Part shown: one piece after another, positions 46,055 to 61,282 of the stretch
How the letters are laid out: each line of letters starts with the position of its first letter
Numbering within the stretch: position 1 is the stretch's first letter
Assembly (NCBI RefSeq): GCF_009914755.1
Contig: NC_060939.1
Direction: 5' to 3' (one strand)
Length of the DNA stretch: 64,000 nt
Source: the human T2T-CHM13v2.0 reference genome, Homo sapiens
Made by a program: the position numbers and the translations under genes
The notes under the pieces: generated by a model
Databases searched by the model: none
The model's input: the letters and a program-made list of their open reading frames with translations, nothing else
What the model was told of the DNA's origin: nothing

Positions 46055-46500
46055 TATTCATTCATCTGTCCATCCATTTACCTACCCACTAGTGTACATT
46101 CAACACACATTTTCATTGGCTGTGATGTTCCAGGGCCAGTGCTATGTTCCGGGGATGCAGTCATTTATAAGAGCATCATGGTCTCTGTTTCTTATGGAGT
46201 TCACAGTCTCAGGTGGGTGCAGACATGTGACCAGTTACAGTCCTTCCTAATAAGTGCAGGAAGCGTCTCCTCTGCAGAGATTTGCAGCGTTAATATGAAG
46301 TTCCTAGCTAGTACTACTACTGCTGCGTCTGCTGCTCCTGGCTGTGCTTATGTAATGCCTGCGAAGTGGCTCCCTGTTTTAAAGACTTCACGTATAGTAA
46401 CTTACTTAATCCCGTAATTACCCTATAAAGTTCATGCTGTGTTTATCCCTTTGCAGAGGAGGAAAATGAGCTGCAGAAGGATCAAATGACCTGCCTGAGG
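46055..46500 (-). mobile_element. L2 3' end (~46055-46240) followed by MIR (~46320-46500)
   Basis: ttcattcat...atggagttcacagtct; ctttgcagaggaggaaaatgagctgcagaagg. Confidence 0.6.
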
Positions 46501-46588
46501 TGCCCTATCTGTTGGCACAGGCCAGAGCACATGGTGGATGCAGGGGCACCCCCTTCCCTTCTCCTCCCCTCCGGCTCTTTGCTGACAG

Positions 46589-47560
46589 GATTCTCTCTTG
46601 CCTTCTCTGATGGTGCCTGTGCTACGTGCCACATCCTTTCCCTCAATGAATTTCAGGTATGCACACTCACTGCAATAAAATACTGTTTACATCAAGGAGC
46701 TTGGGCTATGTTGAGAAGTAAATAAAATATCACCACTGTTGTGGTTCCCCCTAACTCACTGTGTTTTCTTATCCTTGTAAAATCTTCCTTTGCAGGCAGT
46801 GGAAGGGGCCGCAGAAGTTCCTTGACTCATGAGGCGAGGCATTCAGCGGCCTCGTGACACCTCCCAGGATCTGCAGTCATTGGGCTGCACTTGCCAATAG
46901 CAACATCTGGCAAAAATAGCTAAGAAGCAGAGCGGCCTGGGCTCAGGAGCTGAGCAACCCCTGACTGGCCAGATGGAGACTGTGTTGAGCTCTGCCCAAG
47001 CCCTGTGATCCTGGAAAACAGTGAAGTTAAGGAGCCATCTGCATTCTAGGGAATGGCCCACTGCAAAAAATAGCCTTCCTTATAGGACGTAGAGGACTCA
47101 TGATGTCCCCTCATTTATGATGAGCCAACACACAGCCCTTCCAAATTCCGATTCTTTGCTTCATAACTGATGAGCTGTTTTGTTCCCACTGGTCAATCGG
47201 AACAACATTCTTGCTAACCAGATTTTGGTTCAGCTCTTCTCCCTCCCCATGTACCTGCCCTGTGTCCTGTCCTCATCCTGAGCCAGCACACACCCCTCCT
47301 TAGTAGCTCCTCCTGCAGCAGGCTGACCTCGGACTCTCCCTGATCCATTGTCCAAATATATCACCCTTTCACCCTACATCCTCACACCCCATTCTTTCTA
47401 GTTTTGTTCATTCCTCCCTGTGAAAGATGAACCCTCTTTGCCTAACCCCGGACCTGCTTGCAGACTGCTATGATGGCCAGAGTGTCCCCCCTACTGCAAG
47501 AGTCCCTTCTGTCCCTTGCAACATCTTTTAAATAAAATCTCTCTTTACCAAGCCTGGATT
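46589..47560 (+). ncRNA. Candidate last two exons of a non-coding transcript (46589-46656; 46796 to ~47560)
   Basis: Acceptor gacag/G, donor CAG/GTATGC, branch point CCCTAAC plus AG-free pyrimidine tract plus tgcag/G, and AATAAA at 47531. Motif-based prediction only. Confidence 0.3.
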
Positions 47561-47576
47561 TGTGTTTTATTTAACT
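47075..47576 (+). mobile_element. ERV1-type LTR (MER67/MER31-like)
   Basis: ccctactgcaagagtccc...aataaaatctctctttacc...tttatttaact 3' LTR end; subfamily uncertain. Confidence 0.6.
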
Positions 47577-47714
47577 AGAGAGATCCCAGCTGGAAGCTCC
47601 TGCATTAATAATGTGGGTACCTGTTCATGAGAACTGGAGAGCTGGTCTCTAGTCAGAGCTGCTGTTGCTGGGGTCAGGCTATTGGGAATATTGAGTACTG
47701 GTGGGTAGGATTTA

Positions 47715-47860
47715 AGGAAGAAAGAGAAAGAGGGAGAAAGGGAGAGGGAGAGAGATAGGGAGAGAGAGAAGAAAGAAGAAAGAGAAAAAGGAAAAAGAAA
47801 GAGGGAGGAAGAAAGAAGAAAGAAAAAGGAAAATAAAGAAGGAAAGAAGAGAAAAGGCAG
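47715..47860. repeat. GA-rich polypurine low-complexity tract
   Basis: About 145 bp, almost all purines. Confidence 0.9.
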
Positions 47861-47955
47861 ATTCTGAGAAACTATGTCTTATATTCCCAATGAAGTTTTG
47901 AGGTCTGTAATGTGGAGAGTTTCATAGAATCAATCCTTCCCTCCAACTTTATTGA

Positions 47956-48377
<422 letters not shown>

Positions 48378-48674
48378 TAGGGACAGAGGTCTTTGTCCAC
48401 ACCTGTACTTCCACTAGGCTCCCCACCTCCACTGAGTCCTCATCGCTCTCATCCACACAAGTTTCTCTAATACCTACCCTTGCCCCAAAGCCTCAGAGCA
48501 GGGCCCATGGTTCAGCTACAGAAACAGTAGTATACTGCTGGGCATAGAGGGAGGATGGGGGAGAGAGTGCCTGGGAATTGCTCACATTTCTAAATAACCC
48601 CCAAATCAGCATTCCTGATACAACTGTTGTTGTTTATAGATAATGCTGTGCATTCACTCTTTTTTAAAAAATTA

Positions 48675-49300
48675 ATTCCATTCATTCACTTAACAGACAT
48701 TTACTTGCCACCACTATGTTCCAGATTAGCGTAGGGATGAGTTCACTCAGCTGAGAGGAGAGAGCCCCCATCCCATGGGACCCCCTCCCCCCCATGGCCA
48801 GTGTGGACACAATGCTATGGGAGCCCAGAGGATAAAGCAATTACATTTTCCTTGGAAAGTCCATACATTCATCAAAGAAGGGGGGACATGGGTGACACTT
48901 GACATGAACAGTGAACATTGGGCAGAGAGAGAGAGAGAGGGAGAGAGAGACAGCACCTCCCTAGAAGGAGGAAAGGATGATGGAGAAGAGTGGAGGTTGG
49001 CACCAGCTGGAGAGAAGAATGACTGGGGCTCCAAGTGGAGAGAAGAATGCCTGGGGCTCCAAGTGGCTGGAGGGAGGAAAACGGGGTGTGGTGGGGGTGC
49101 AAGGAATGAGATGGGTGATGGGGGCAGGGTGAGGCTGTAGCCCTTGTCTTGGGTCTGACAACTCATGTAAGGCTCTAAGAAGAAACCCCACTACATCCAC
49201 TCTGTGTTTTAGGATCGTAAGTCTGGCCACAGTATAGAGTAGGCTATTGGAGGCCACTTATAGGCTGAGCAGACGACCATGAAACTGCCAGAAAGAACCC
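48675..49300 (-). mobile_element. Degraded L2 fragments
   Basis: ttcattcacttaacagacatttact...ccactatgttccag; tgtgttttaggatcgtaagtctggc; extent uncertain. Confidence 0.5.
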
Positions 49301-51158
49301 GAGATGGGCAGACTGGCCTTGGTCTTCTGGAATGGACGTGGAGATCCAGGGCAGAGGGCAGCAGGCAGGGGCAGAGCTCCATCCACCTCACCACAGCCTG
49401 CTCTCTACCCAGACTTCACAGACTCCTCTCAAGGTATTAGCTTGGGCTGCTGGGGCAAGAGTGGCTTCACTAACCAAGACAGAAGCCAAAAGGAAGTCCA
49501 GATGCTTGGGGGATGAGTATGAGCATGGCTTTGACACACCAAACCTGAGTTGCTTCCAAGACGCCAGGGCCAAGTGTTTGCAGCAGCAGCAGATGACGAA
49601 TGAGTGCCACCTTGAAGTCACTGAGAGAGGAAATTGTTGGAGCCCTGAGAAGGGGTAAGATTTGGACATGATATTGAGGTGAGGAGAAGGTTGGGTTTAG
49701 AAACTTTTATTTACATTCAGCAAGAAGAAAACGGATGGGTTTAAATTTCATTTTAGTATTTTTCCTCTGTTTCTTCTGCTTGGGGGTACCAATGAATAAA
49801 TGAGTCCCCTGAAGAAAGGGGATAAAGCTAGCAGGAATTTATGAGTTAAACAGTCAGCACCAAAACAACAGTGGTGGACTGAATGGAAGTGTTGGATGAC
49901 AGGCTATGGAAAGATAAAAACTTAACTGCTCAGCCTTTCTGTAAATAAGCTTTCTGAAGTCTAGAATTTGGAATAAGAACCTTCATTCATTATCCATTAT
50001 TGATGGAGAAAAGGGATGGAGATTTATGAGAAGTACCAGGAAGATATTAATGTACAATGAAGAAGCTGGTATTTATAATATACTCCAGTTATTATACATC
50101 CAGAAGCTGTCATTACAGTGGATTTCATTACCCTCTTAATTGTGATACTTTCTTTACCTTCTCAGGTACCCATGAACTTTCTCATATATAATAAATTTAA
50201 TTAAGTTAATAGCGATACCTTATACATCATTTAAAAAAATGATAGCTAAGGTGAAGTAAAATAGAGGAAAAGAAACACATTGCCTGACTTGTTCAAATAT
50301 GCAGGGCAGCTTAAGGAGTGGTGAGTGACAACACAGGATTCTTGATCACCAACACTGCTTCCTGAGCTCCCAGCTGTGGGAAGTGTTATACACAGCATAT
50401 GTAAACCAATCTGAAGGTGGAAGACTTTCTGTACATCTACTTCAAATGAGACTAAAATCTTCAATACTTATTTCTTATCCCAAATTTTCGTTCTGATGTG
50501 AATGAAACTTTAAAAAAATTGGTATCATTAAAATTGATGTGTATTGTAAACAAGATAAGGGTAATTTATCTACAAAGACTTATGTGATGTCAAATAATCT
50601 TTCCTGTTCCCTAACTTTCTGTTCTTAAGCGCCTTTGGTGTTTTGTGAGAAAATAACCTGTAAGTATAAGCCATTAATGTGTCTTTGATTACAATTTATT
50701 GCACACCTACCATCGTTATACAATCATCAAAAAGCATTAGAATCATGAAAGTGTGTATACAAGAGGCATAGTCTTGGCATCAGAAGGTCTCTAAATTTAA
50801 CCTAACAAGCGTTGTTGAGTATGCACAATGGAGAGGGCATTTCATAGGTGTATTTCACACCCAAAGTGATTGAGACAGCCTCCCTCCTCTCCTCAAGACA
50901 TACCTTGTTTTATGCGCTTTGCTTTATTGTGCTTTGCAGATGCTGCAGTTGTTTTTTTGTTTTTTTTTTTCACAAATGCAAGATTTGTGGGGGCCCTGCC
51001 TCGAGCAAGTCCATCACCACCATTTCTCCAACAGCAGATACTCACTTCATGTCTCTGTGTCATATTTCGGTAATTCTCATGATATTTCAAACTTTTTCAT
51101 TATTATTATATCTGTTACGGTAATCTGTAATTCTGTGATTGGTAATCTTTGATGTTAC

Positions 51159-52682
51159 TGAGAGGTGACAACGTGCTGGCAGCCCTCACAGCTCTCGCTC
51201 GCTCTTGGCGCCTCCTCCGCCTTGGTGCCCACTCTGGCCGTGCTTGAGAAGCCCTCCAGCCCGCAGCTGCAATGTGGGAGCCCCTTTCTGGGCTGGCCAA
51301 GGCCAGAGCCGGCTCCCTCAGCTTGCAGGCAGGTGTGGAGGGAGAGGCGTGGGCGGGAACCGGGGCTGCGCTCGTTGCTTGAGGGCCAGCGCGAGTTCCG
51401 GGTGGGCGTGGGCTCAGCTGGCCCCGCATTCGGAGAGGTCGGCCAGCCGGCCCGCAAGCCCCGGGCAGTGAGGGGCTTAGCACCTGGACCAGCAGCCGCT
51501 GTGCTCAATTTCTCGCCGGGCCTTAGCTGCCTCCCTGTGGGGCAGGGCTCGGGACCTGCAGCCCGCCATGCCTGAGCCTCTCCCCCGCTCCGTGGGCTCC
51601 TGTGCGGCCCAAGCCTCCCAGATGAGCGCTGCCCCCTGCTCCATGGCGCCCAGTCCCATCGACCACCCAAGGGCTGAGGAGTGCAGGTGCATGGCGCCAG
51701 ACTGGCAGGCAGCTCCACCTGCGGCCCCAGTGCAGGATCCACTGGGTGAAGCCAGCTGGGCTCCTAAGTCTGGTGGGGACTTGGAGAACCTTTATGTCTA
51801 GCTAAGGGATTGTAAATACACCAATCAGCACCCTGTGTCTAGCTCAGGGTTTGTGAATGCACCAGTGGACACTGATATCTAGCTACTCTGGTGGGGACTT
51901 AAAGAACCTTTATGTCTAGCTAAGGGATTGTAAATACACCAGTCGGCACTCTGTATCTAGCTCAAGGTTTGTAAGCACACCAATCAGCACCCTGTGTCTA
52001 GCTCAGGGTTTGTGAATGCACCAATGGACACTCTGTATCTAGCTACTCTGGTGGGGATTTGGAGAACCTTTGTGCCCACACTCTGTATCTAGCTAATCAA
52101 GTGGGTATGTGGAGAACTTCTGTGTCTAGCTCAGGGATTGTAAACGCACCAATCAGCACCCTGTCAAAACGGACCAATCAGCTCTCTGTAAAATGGACCA
52201 ATCAGCAGGATGTGGGTGGGGCCAGATAAGAGAATAAAAGCAGGCTGCCCTAGCCAGCAGTGGCAACCCACTTGGGTCACGTATTGCAGTGTGGAAGCTT
52301 CGTTTTTTTTGCTCTTTGCAATAAATCTTGCAGCTGCTTACTCTTTGGGTCCACACTGACTTTATGAGCTGTAACACTCATCGTGGAAGTCCATAGCTTC
52401 ACTACTGAAGCCAGCGAGACCACGAACCCATGGGGAGGAACGCACAATAATTCCAGATGCGCAGCCTTAGGAGCTATAACAGTCACTGTGAAGGTGTGCG
52501 GCTTCACTCCTGAGCCAGCGAGACCGTGAACCCTCCAGAAGGAAGAAACTTCTAACACCTCTGGACGTCAGAAGGAACAAAATCCGGACACACCACATTT
52601 GAGAGCTGTAACACTCACGGTCAGGGTCTTGGGCTTCATTCTTGGAGTCCGTGAGATCAAGAGCCCACCAATTTCAGACACA
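51159..52682 (+). mobile_element. LTR12C/D (ERV9) solo LTR, 1524 bp
   Basis: tgagaggtgac...gacaca; TSD TTAC (51155-51158 and 52683-52686); GC/CpG-rich 5' part and tandem U3 repeats. Confidence 0.95.
51790..52265 (+). promoter_or_regulatory. LTR12 enhancer/promoter module
   Basis: Six CCAAT boxes (51821, 51980, 52021, 52149, 52174, 52198), GC box, GATA at 52225 and TATA-like AATAAA at 52233, matching the known ERV9 LTR promoter layout. Confidence 0.75.
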
Positions 52683-52866
52683 TTACTGTTGTAATTGTTT
52701 GGGGGGTGCCACAAACCATGCTTATATTAGACAGCAAACAATTTATAAATGTGTGTGTGCAGACTGCTCCACCAACCAGCGATTCCACCCATCTCTCTCC
52801 CTCTTCAGGCCTGCCTGTTCCGTGAGACTCAACAGTATTGAAATTAGGCTAATTGATAACCCTATA

Positions 52867-54435
<1,569 letters not shown>

Positions 54436-54655
54436 CACTGTTTTCTTATTTTAAGAAATTGCCACAGCCATCTTAACTTTTAGCAACCACCACCGAGATC
54501 AGTCAGCAACCATCAACATCAAGGCAAGACCCTCCACCAGCAAAAAGATTATGACTCACTGAAGGCTCGGGTGATTGTTAGCATTTTTTAGTAGTAAAGT
54601 GTTTTCTAGTTAAGATATGCATAGTATTTATATTAGACATAATTCTATTGCACAC

Positions 54656-55020
54656 TGATATGGTTTGGCTGTGTCCCCACCAAAATCTCACCTTGAATTG
54701 TAATTCTCTTTAATCCCCATGTATCATGGGAGGGACCTGGCGGGAGGTAATTCAATTATGGGGGTGGTTTCCACCATGCTGTTCTCATGATAGTGAGCAA
54801 ATTCTCACGAGATCTGAAGATTTTATAAGCACCTGGCATTTCCCCTGCTAGCACTCATTCTCTCTCCTGCCACCTTGTGAAGAGGTGCTTTCTGCCATGA
54901 TTGTAAGTTTCCTGAGATCTCCCCAACTATGCAGAACTGTGAGTCGATTAAACGTCTTTTCTTTATAAAATACCCTGTGTCAGGTATTTCTTCATAGCAG
55001 CTTGAGAATGGACTAATACA
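54656..55020 (+). mobile_element. THE1C/D MaLR solo LTR
   Basis: tgatatggtttggctgtgtcccc...ggactaataca; 5-bp flanks cacac/cacat; ATTAAA at 54947. Confidence 0.92.
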
Positions 55021-55929
55021 CACATAATAATATATAATAGACTGTGTAGTGTAAACATAACTTTTACATGTACTCAAAAATTTAAAAATTTGTGTGACTG
55101 GCTTTATTGGGGATATTTGTTTACTGTGGTGCTGGAACCGAATCTGCAATATCTCTATGGTGTGCCTGTAGTCACCATGTTAGCTATGCATCTTGGTACA
55201 ATCTAACACAAGGGTGGCACATGGTAAGGGAGGAGAACAACATGTTTTCAGATGCGTTACTTCATGTGATACTCTTAAGAAGCCTGGGAGTGAGCTGTGT
55301 CTCCCTAGAGCAGGTGGGGAGTGGAGCAGTGTATCACCTATGCTCTCTGTCACCTTTAACCTGGTGCTGTTGTTTAAGTAATGCCTGGTCAATGGTTCAC
55401 CTTTACTCAACAACAGTGTTTTTCCAAGAGAAACAAGCATGAAAACATCACAGAGAGTTAATTGAGAGGCAAATGTGCTTTTAATCTATTACAGTCTTGT
55501 ATTGTAATTCAAATGATAAAAATGTACTTCCCTTGTTCCCAACCTAAGTAATTTTAAACATTGTATAAACCAAAAAAAAAAAAAAAAAAAAAAATTCCAT
55601 GGCTAAAATTCCTGAATGTTTGTGAACGCTTTGTGACATTTCTCTTGCTTCTCTCTGTGCTGTCCACTGGCCTCATAATCGGTTGGTCATTCTTTGTTTC
55701 TCTTATGTATCATTCTGTCTTTGGGTGCTCTCTGTTTCTGCATTGGAGCACACAGCTGATGAGAGTAGGTGCTCCCGCTCCCCTCTCTTGGTGCAGTAGA
55801 TGTATCCTCAGTCAACCTCCATGTGATGGAGCCTGAACACACAGATCCCTTCGGCACCTCCTAAAGCAATCAGACTTCACATACAGGGAGTTCTCAAGGC
55901 CACTGGGTGCGTCCAACCACTGAGTCTTA

Positions 55930-56440
55930 TCTGAGCTCAGACCTACATATGCTCATTTTACATTTTCTTGTAATTGTGCAATATAATGCAATAGTACATA
56001 AGCCCTAGAAAAACACATGTGAAGAGAGAGTTGTTTCTGTGAAAAATTAGTTGAATCTTTTTGAATAATGGGTAAGACTGCTAATTTAATGGCCAAGGTT
56101 AGCATCAAGGGGAGGGGAAACTTACAAAAATCTGGAAAGATTCTACCTCAAATTGCTCTGCAAATGTCTGTAAATCTTTTACCTCACTTAAATGGTCCCC
56201 AACTGATCATTAGAGTTGAAATACTATGGGCATGTTTAATGCAAGCAAAACAAAGAATTATAACCATACTCAAAGTAAAGAAAGATCTTGTTCTACTGCA
56301 CAAGATTTGTGAATAATGTGTATTTATATATTTAGACTTAACATTCTTTCAGAGTATCTTTTAATACTTTCAGTAATGTTTTACTTGATTAATTTTTAAA
56401 ATTAATCAACTACATACTGCTCCCAGTGGAGACTGTTCAG
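55930..56440 (+). mobile_element. Old Tigger (Tigger15a-like) fragment
   Basis: gagagttgtttctgtgaaaaattagttgaat...aaaaatctggaaagattct...ccatactcaaag. Confidence 0.6.
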
Positions 56441-58794
56441 GAGGCATTTGGTGGGTCATGCAATCAGGCATCATATGTCAGGTTTAGCAGATGCCTCTGA
56501 ACTCTTCTGCTTTTCATGGAACTCAGAGGGCCATTTGCGAGCCCTGGGAGAATGCCGCTATAGTATCAGTCTTTTCTCAAAACCTACACTTGTCCCCATT
56601 TACTTTAATAATCAGCAGATCCCTCCTATAAAACCCTGCAAGGATTATTCTGAAACAGCCCTCCCTTCATCTATTGTCTCTGTCTTTTTTACACCTTATC
56701 TACTATTAATGTTTGTGGCAATGTTTGCTATTCTTTATTGTTTAAGGCTTCCACAACTTCTACTTCTTCTAAATCCACCCCCAAAGAGAGATCCATCTCC
56801 ATAATTTTCTATATGTCACATCAAGCCAATTTCCCCAATGTTCAAGTAGGACGTGGAAATGCAAATAGCTTAACTTCTAGGAGGATCTGAACAACAAAAA
56901 CCAGCATTAAAGCAAAATGAAATAAAATAAATCCTCATTTCAAACAAGAGGGGCTAACATAGCTTGTGCAAGAAATGTTGAACTATAGATTATGGTTTGA
57001 CTTTGAATAACATTTGAAAAAAATGCTGGCTTCTAAATGAAGTCTGAGAAATTTTTAAAACAGGACCAGAGACACCAGCTTTACCACTTGCCAAGAAGAC
57101 TCTGGGGTGATGGGAGCTATGTTGCAATTTGCCTCCTGGTTTGAGTATGACATGAAAAGTCAGCTCCTTTGGAAGGGGATTAGCCACAGGGAATCTTCAC
57201 ATATGGCACATATCTTCCAGACTGGAGGAGGGTTCTGGTTTTCTGAATTTGGGGACAGAAATACTTTTCTTATAGAACAATGTAAAATTGACTATCGGCT
57301 TGCCTGGAGAAGAAATATTTATGGAACCTTTCTGCTTATTTATGGGTAGAAAAAAAAATCATCTCATTTGCTTCTGAGACCTGTTAACTTTCCTGGCCTG
57401 GGCTGTGTGGCTGAGGCAGCTTCATATTCCCCTCAGATGGTGTGGGTCCTTCCCCATGAGGCTCTGCAGGCTTACAAGGGGTGAGGCTGGGGGCTCCAGG
57501 AGTGGTGTGTTGGTTACTCCTCCTATCCATTTCAGGTTCCAAGTGGTAGGTTTTACCAACACCGTCTCTTATGGAGGGAAAGACAGGCACTGACAAAGCA
57601 TGCATCTTGCGGATGTGGTAGAAACAGAACTAAAGGGGCTTTATCCACCACCCCCCATCTTATTATATGCATTCATCCTGCCCCACAAGAAGCTATGTAA
57701 TCAATATGTTCCTGAATGACCTTTGGAAAGAGTGAGCTCTATATGATGACTTTATATGATGATCCAGACATTATGCATGTGGATCCCTGTGTCTGGAAGA
57801 GAAATGTGCTACTGTACATCTCGAATTCCAGTTACAAGAATGAAATAAGATAGGCTGACAGTCTTGGGATTACTAAACAAGACTGACTTTACGTATGCCA
57901 TGCCCAGTGATCTTATATTGTAACCACTGAAGATACTAAACTATGGTGACCAATTCAATTCAACACAATTCAACAGCACTAGTAGGTAAAAACAGTATAT
58001 TAATTATTATAAGAGATGCAATGTCGGGGTAAATGAAATTCCTTCTCTTTTATTCCTGCATCTCACAAGGTCTTGAGCTACACCTGGATGGTTAGTTTGC
58101 ATGATCATAGATTTATTTATTTATATTTGTTCAGAGTGTAGGCGTTTGTGTTGTGTCTCTGGACACTAGATGTATTTACTAGAAGAACATGTGATAGAAT
58201 AAACAAGTATCTCACCACACTGGGCACTTTGAACAACTAGAATTAGAATTCTAGAACCTCAAGCAAACTTTTGGATTTTCCAAACTCAATCTCTTACAAA
58301 TCTATGATTTTCTGGGATCCCTCATTTCTAGGATAGATTCAATTGCCCAGTTCTTCCATCCATACTTTCATAAACACCCACACATACAGAAATAAATTAT
58401 GAGACTTTCTCTCCTCCCATGTTTACCTCTGCCTCTTTATTCTCACTGAAATTGGATGAAGGTTGTGAGAAAGCCTGTACTTCTATTACAGATTTTATTG
58501 TGTTGTCTTAGAAAGTAACACTCAAGAAGGAAATATTTATCAATTATGAATCGGTACCTTCATCGTGAAGCAGACTTAGACATATACAAAATTGAATCAT
58601 TTCCACAGCTCAGAAACACCCTCTCTACAAATTCAGCTTCAATTGTATCATCATATTTCACTGAGTTTTCAATAAGCAAATGGACTTGGATGTGAACAAC
58701 AGTCAGGTGCAAGTTAATTTCATTCATTCACTCTCTGATTTAGACTATGGTACCAGTTTATTGACAGACGTATTAATATAAATTCTAGTTTTTC

Positions 58795-58975
58795 ACTTTC
58801 TTTCTTTCTTTTCTTTTTAGAGACAGAGTGTTGCTGTGTTGCCCAGGCTGCAGTGCAGTGGTACAATCACAGCTCACTGAAGCCTCTGACTCCTGGGCTC
58901 AAGTGATCCTCCCACCTCAGCCTCCAGAGTAGCTGGGGCTACAGGTGTGCGCCACCACACCCAGCTAGTTTTTCA
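58795..58975 (-). mobile_element. Alu right monomer (FRAM or truncated AluJ)
   Basis: Single antisense arm; ctagtttttca flanks. Confidence 0.88.
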
Positions 58976-59320
58976 TTTTCTTAACCTTAAAAACAGAACT
59001 GAAGTTTGCTATATATAATTTATAAGTAAGTCCTGTACCAAAACAGCTTTCTTCTGACTTTATAAATTTGTCAGAGCTTTAGGAGATAGAATGACTGAAA
59101 GAGTCTGCTTTGCTACATAGAAGGGACTATAATCAAAAATAAAAAATTGTGTCCTGGATTTCTTTTAATATTACAGGGGTAAATCAAATGTCAAGAATTT
59201 TTGTGAAACATAATCTCTTGTTTTATGTAACTGCATGTTAGCATTTGCTAATGAATATGGAAAATAAAAAATATATGCACAGAAAATTATTATAACAATG
59301 TTAAATAAAACCTTCAATGA

Positions 59321-59640
59321 GGCTGGGTATGATGGCTCCAGCCTGTAATCCTGGCACTTTGGGAGGTCAAGGCCAATGGATTGCTTGAGCCCAGGAGTTC
59401 AAGACCAGCCTGGACAACATGGCGAAAACTCCTCTCTATAAAAAACACAAAAATTAGCCAGGCATGGTGGTGTGCATCTGTAGTCCCAGCTACCTGAGAG
59501 GCTGAGGTGGGAGGATCGCTTGGGCCTAGAGGTTGAGGCTGCAGTGAGCCATGATTATGCCACTGTGTTCCAGTCTGGGCAATGGAGTGAGGACCTGTCT
59601 CAAAAACAAAAAAACAAACAAAAAACCAACAACAAAAAAC
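59321..59640 (+). mobile_element. Alu (AluJb-type)
   Basis: Full dimer; TSD cttcaatga. Confidence 0.93.
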
Positions 59641-60429
59641 TTCAATGAATGTTTATCTATAAACTGCAGGTGAAGGTATAGTTAATGAACTGGATAATCA
59701 AAAACCAATATTTTATAATCTTAAGTTTTCTTTACATAGTCTTTTTTTTAAGGTGAAATTATTCATTTTGTCAGGATTTTGTCACTTTTTTTCCATGACT
59801 GGACCATGAGATGTCTTGTGGCCATCTTCTGCCCTCTTGCTAGATTATTAGGGCCTTGTGGACAGAAACAAAGAATTGTTCCTCCTGTTTTTAAGCACAC
59901 TTTGTTTTTCTGGTGACAGTAAAAAACAAAATATAACAGTACCAACATTATTGTTTCTTGGTATCAGTCTCCCTGATTAAACCTCTTAGAATTGATGCAT
60001 TCTCATGAATGCTTAACAAATATCACTTAAAAACTAATTATTATAGTTAAATCATATCAGATCCCTGGTTTTTCATCTGCAGTGAAAAAAGAGGTGTACA
60101 TAGGTTGCAAGATGTTGCAAGATGCAGAATTCCCTTAAAGTAGCTTATATGAAAAAAATTAGAGTTACAGGGTCTCTGATGAAGTCCAAGTTCTGCGGAT
60201 CCATTGAGTTTCAGGCAAGAATTGCCCCTTAGGAGTGATCTGTAGTCAATAGTTTCTTGTCCCAGTTCCTCTCTGCTTCTCTTTGCTCAGCTGCTTTGTT
60301 TTTGTTTCCTCACAGCCTTTCTCTTCTCTAGACTCCAAAACACAGCCAAGCTCACAGGGGAACATCTCCCCCTGCAGCCAACCACACTGAACCTGGAGTC
60401 CACATGTGAAGGAGAACAGGGCCTCGGGC

Positions 60430-61282
60430 TGAGCATCTCTTGTAGGACAGGTCTGGTGTTGATAATAATCCTTCAGCTTTTGTTTGTCTGGGAAAGTTTT
60501 TGTTTCCCCTTCATGTTTTAAGGATATTTTCACTGGATATACTATTCTAGGGTGAAAGATGTTTTCCTTCAGCACTTTAAATATGTTATGCCACTCTCCC
60601 CTTGCCTGTAAGGTTTCCACTGAAAAGTTTGCTGCCAGGCGTATTGAAGCTCCATTTTATGTTATTTGTTTCTTTTCTTTTGCTGCTTTTAGGATCCTTT
60701 CTTTATCCTTGGCCTTTGTGAGTTTGATTATTAAATGTCTTTAGGTGGTCTTCTTTGGGTTAAATCTGCTTGGTGTTCTATAACCTTGTATTTGAATATT
60801 GATATCTTTCTCTAGGTTTGGGAAGATCTCTGTTATTATCCCTTTGAATAAAGTCGTCTTTATCTCTGTCTCCTCTTTAAGGCCAATAACTCTTAGATTT
60901 GCCCTTTTGAGGCTATTTTCTAGATCCTGTAGGCATGCTTCATTATTTTTTATTCTTTTCTCTTTTGATCCTCTGACTGTGTATTTTCAAATAGCTTGTC
61001 GTCAGGCTCACTAATTCTTTCTTTGCATGATCAATTGTGCTGTTAAAGGACTGTTGCATTCTTCAGTATGCCAATTGCATTTTTCAGCTCCAGAATTTCT
61101 GTTCTATCCCTTTTAATTATTTCAATCTCTTTGTTAAGTTTATCTGATGGAACTCTGAATTCCTTCTCCGTGTTATCTTGAATTTCTTTGAGTTCCCTCA
61201 AAACAACTATTTTGAATTCCCTGTCTGAAAGGTCATATATCTCTGTTTCTCCAGAACTGATCCCTGGTGACTTATTTAGTTT
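60430..61282 (-). mobile_element. L1M ORF1 internal fragment
   Basis: Minus-strand translations ETLQARGEWHNIFKVLKE...PRIVYPVKIS and EIYDLSDREFKIVVLRELKEIQDN resemble ORF1p. Confidence 0.9.

Noticed and set aside
51155-51742. 195-aa and overlapping ORFs in a CpG-island-like region
   Set aside because: Entirely within the GC-rich part of LTR12C, where stop codons are scarce for compositional reasons; not a host promoter or CDS.
51770-52165. Regularly spaced ~40-bp repeats (tctagct... units) resembling a repeat-spacer array
   Set aside because: These are the known ERV9/LTR12 U3 tandem subrepeats; there are no unique spacers or cas genes, and the DNA is eukaryotic.
57740-57770. Two ATGATGA motifs resembling snoRNA box C
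   Set aside because: Explained by a short tandem repeat (tatatgatga twice); no suitably placed box D with a terminal stem.
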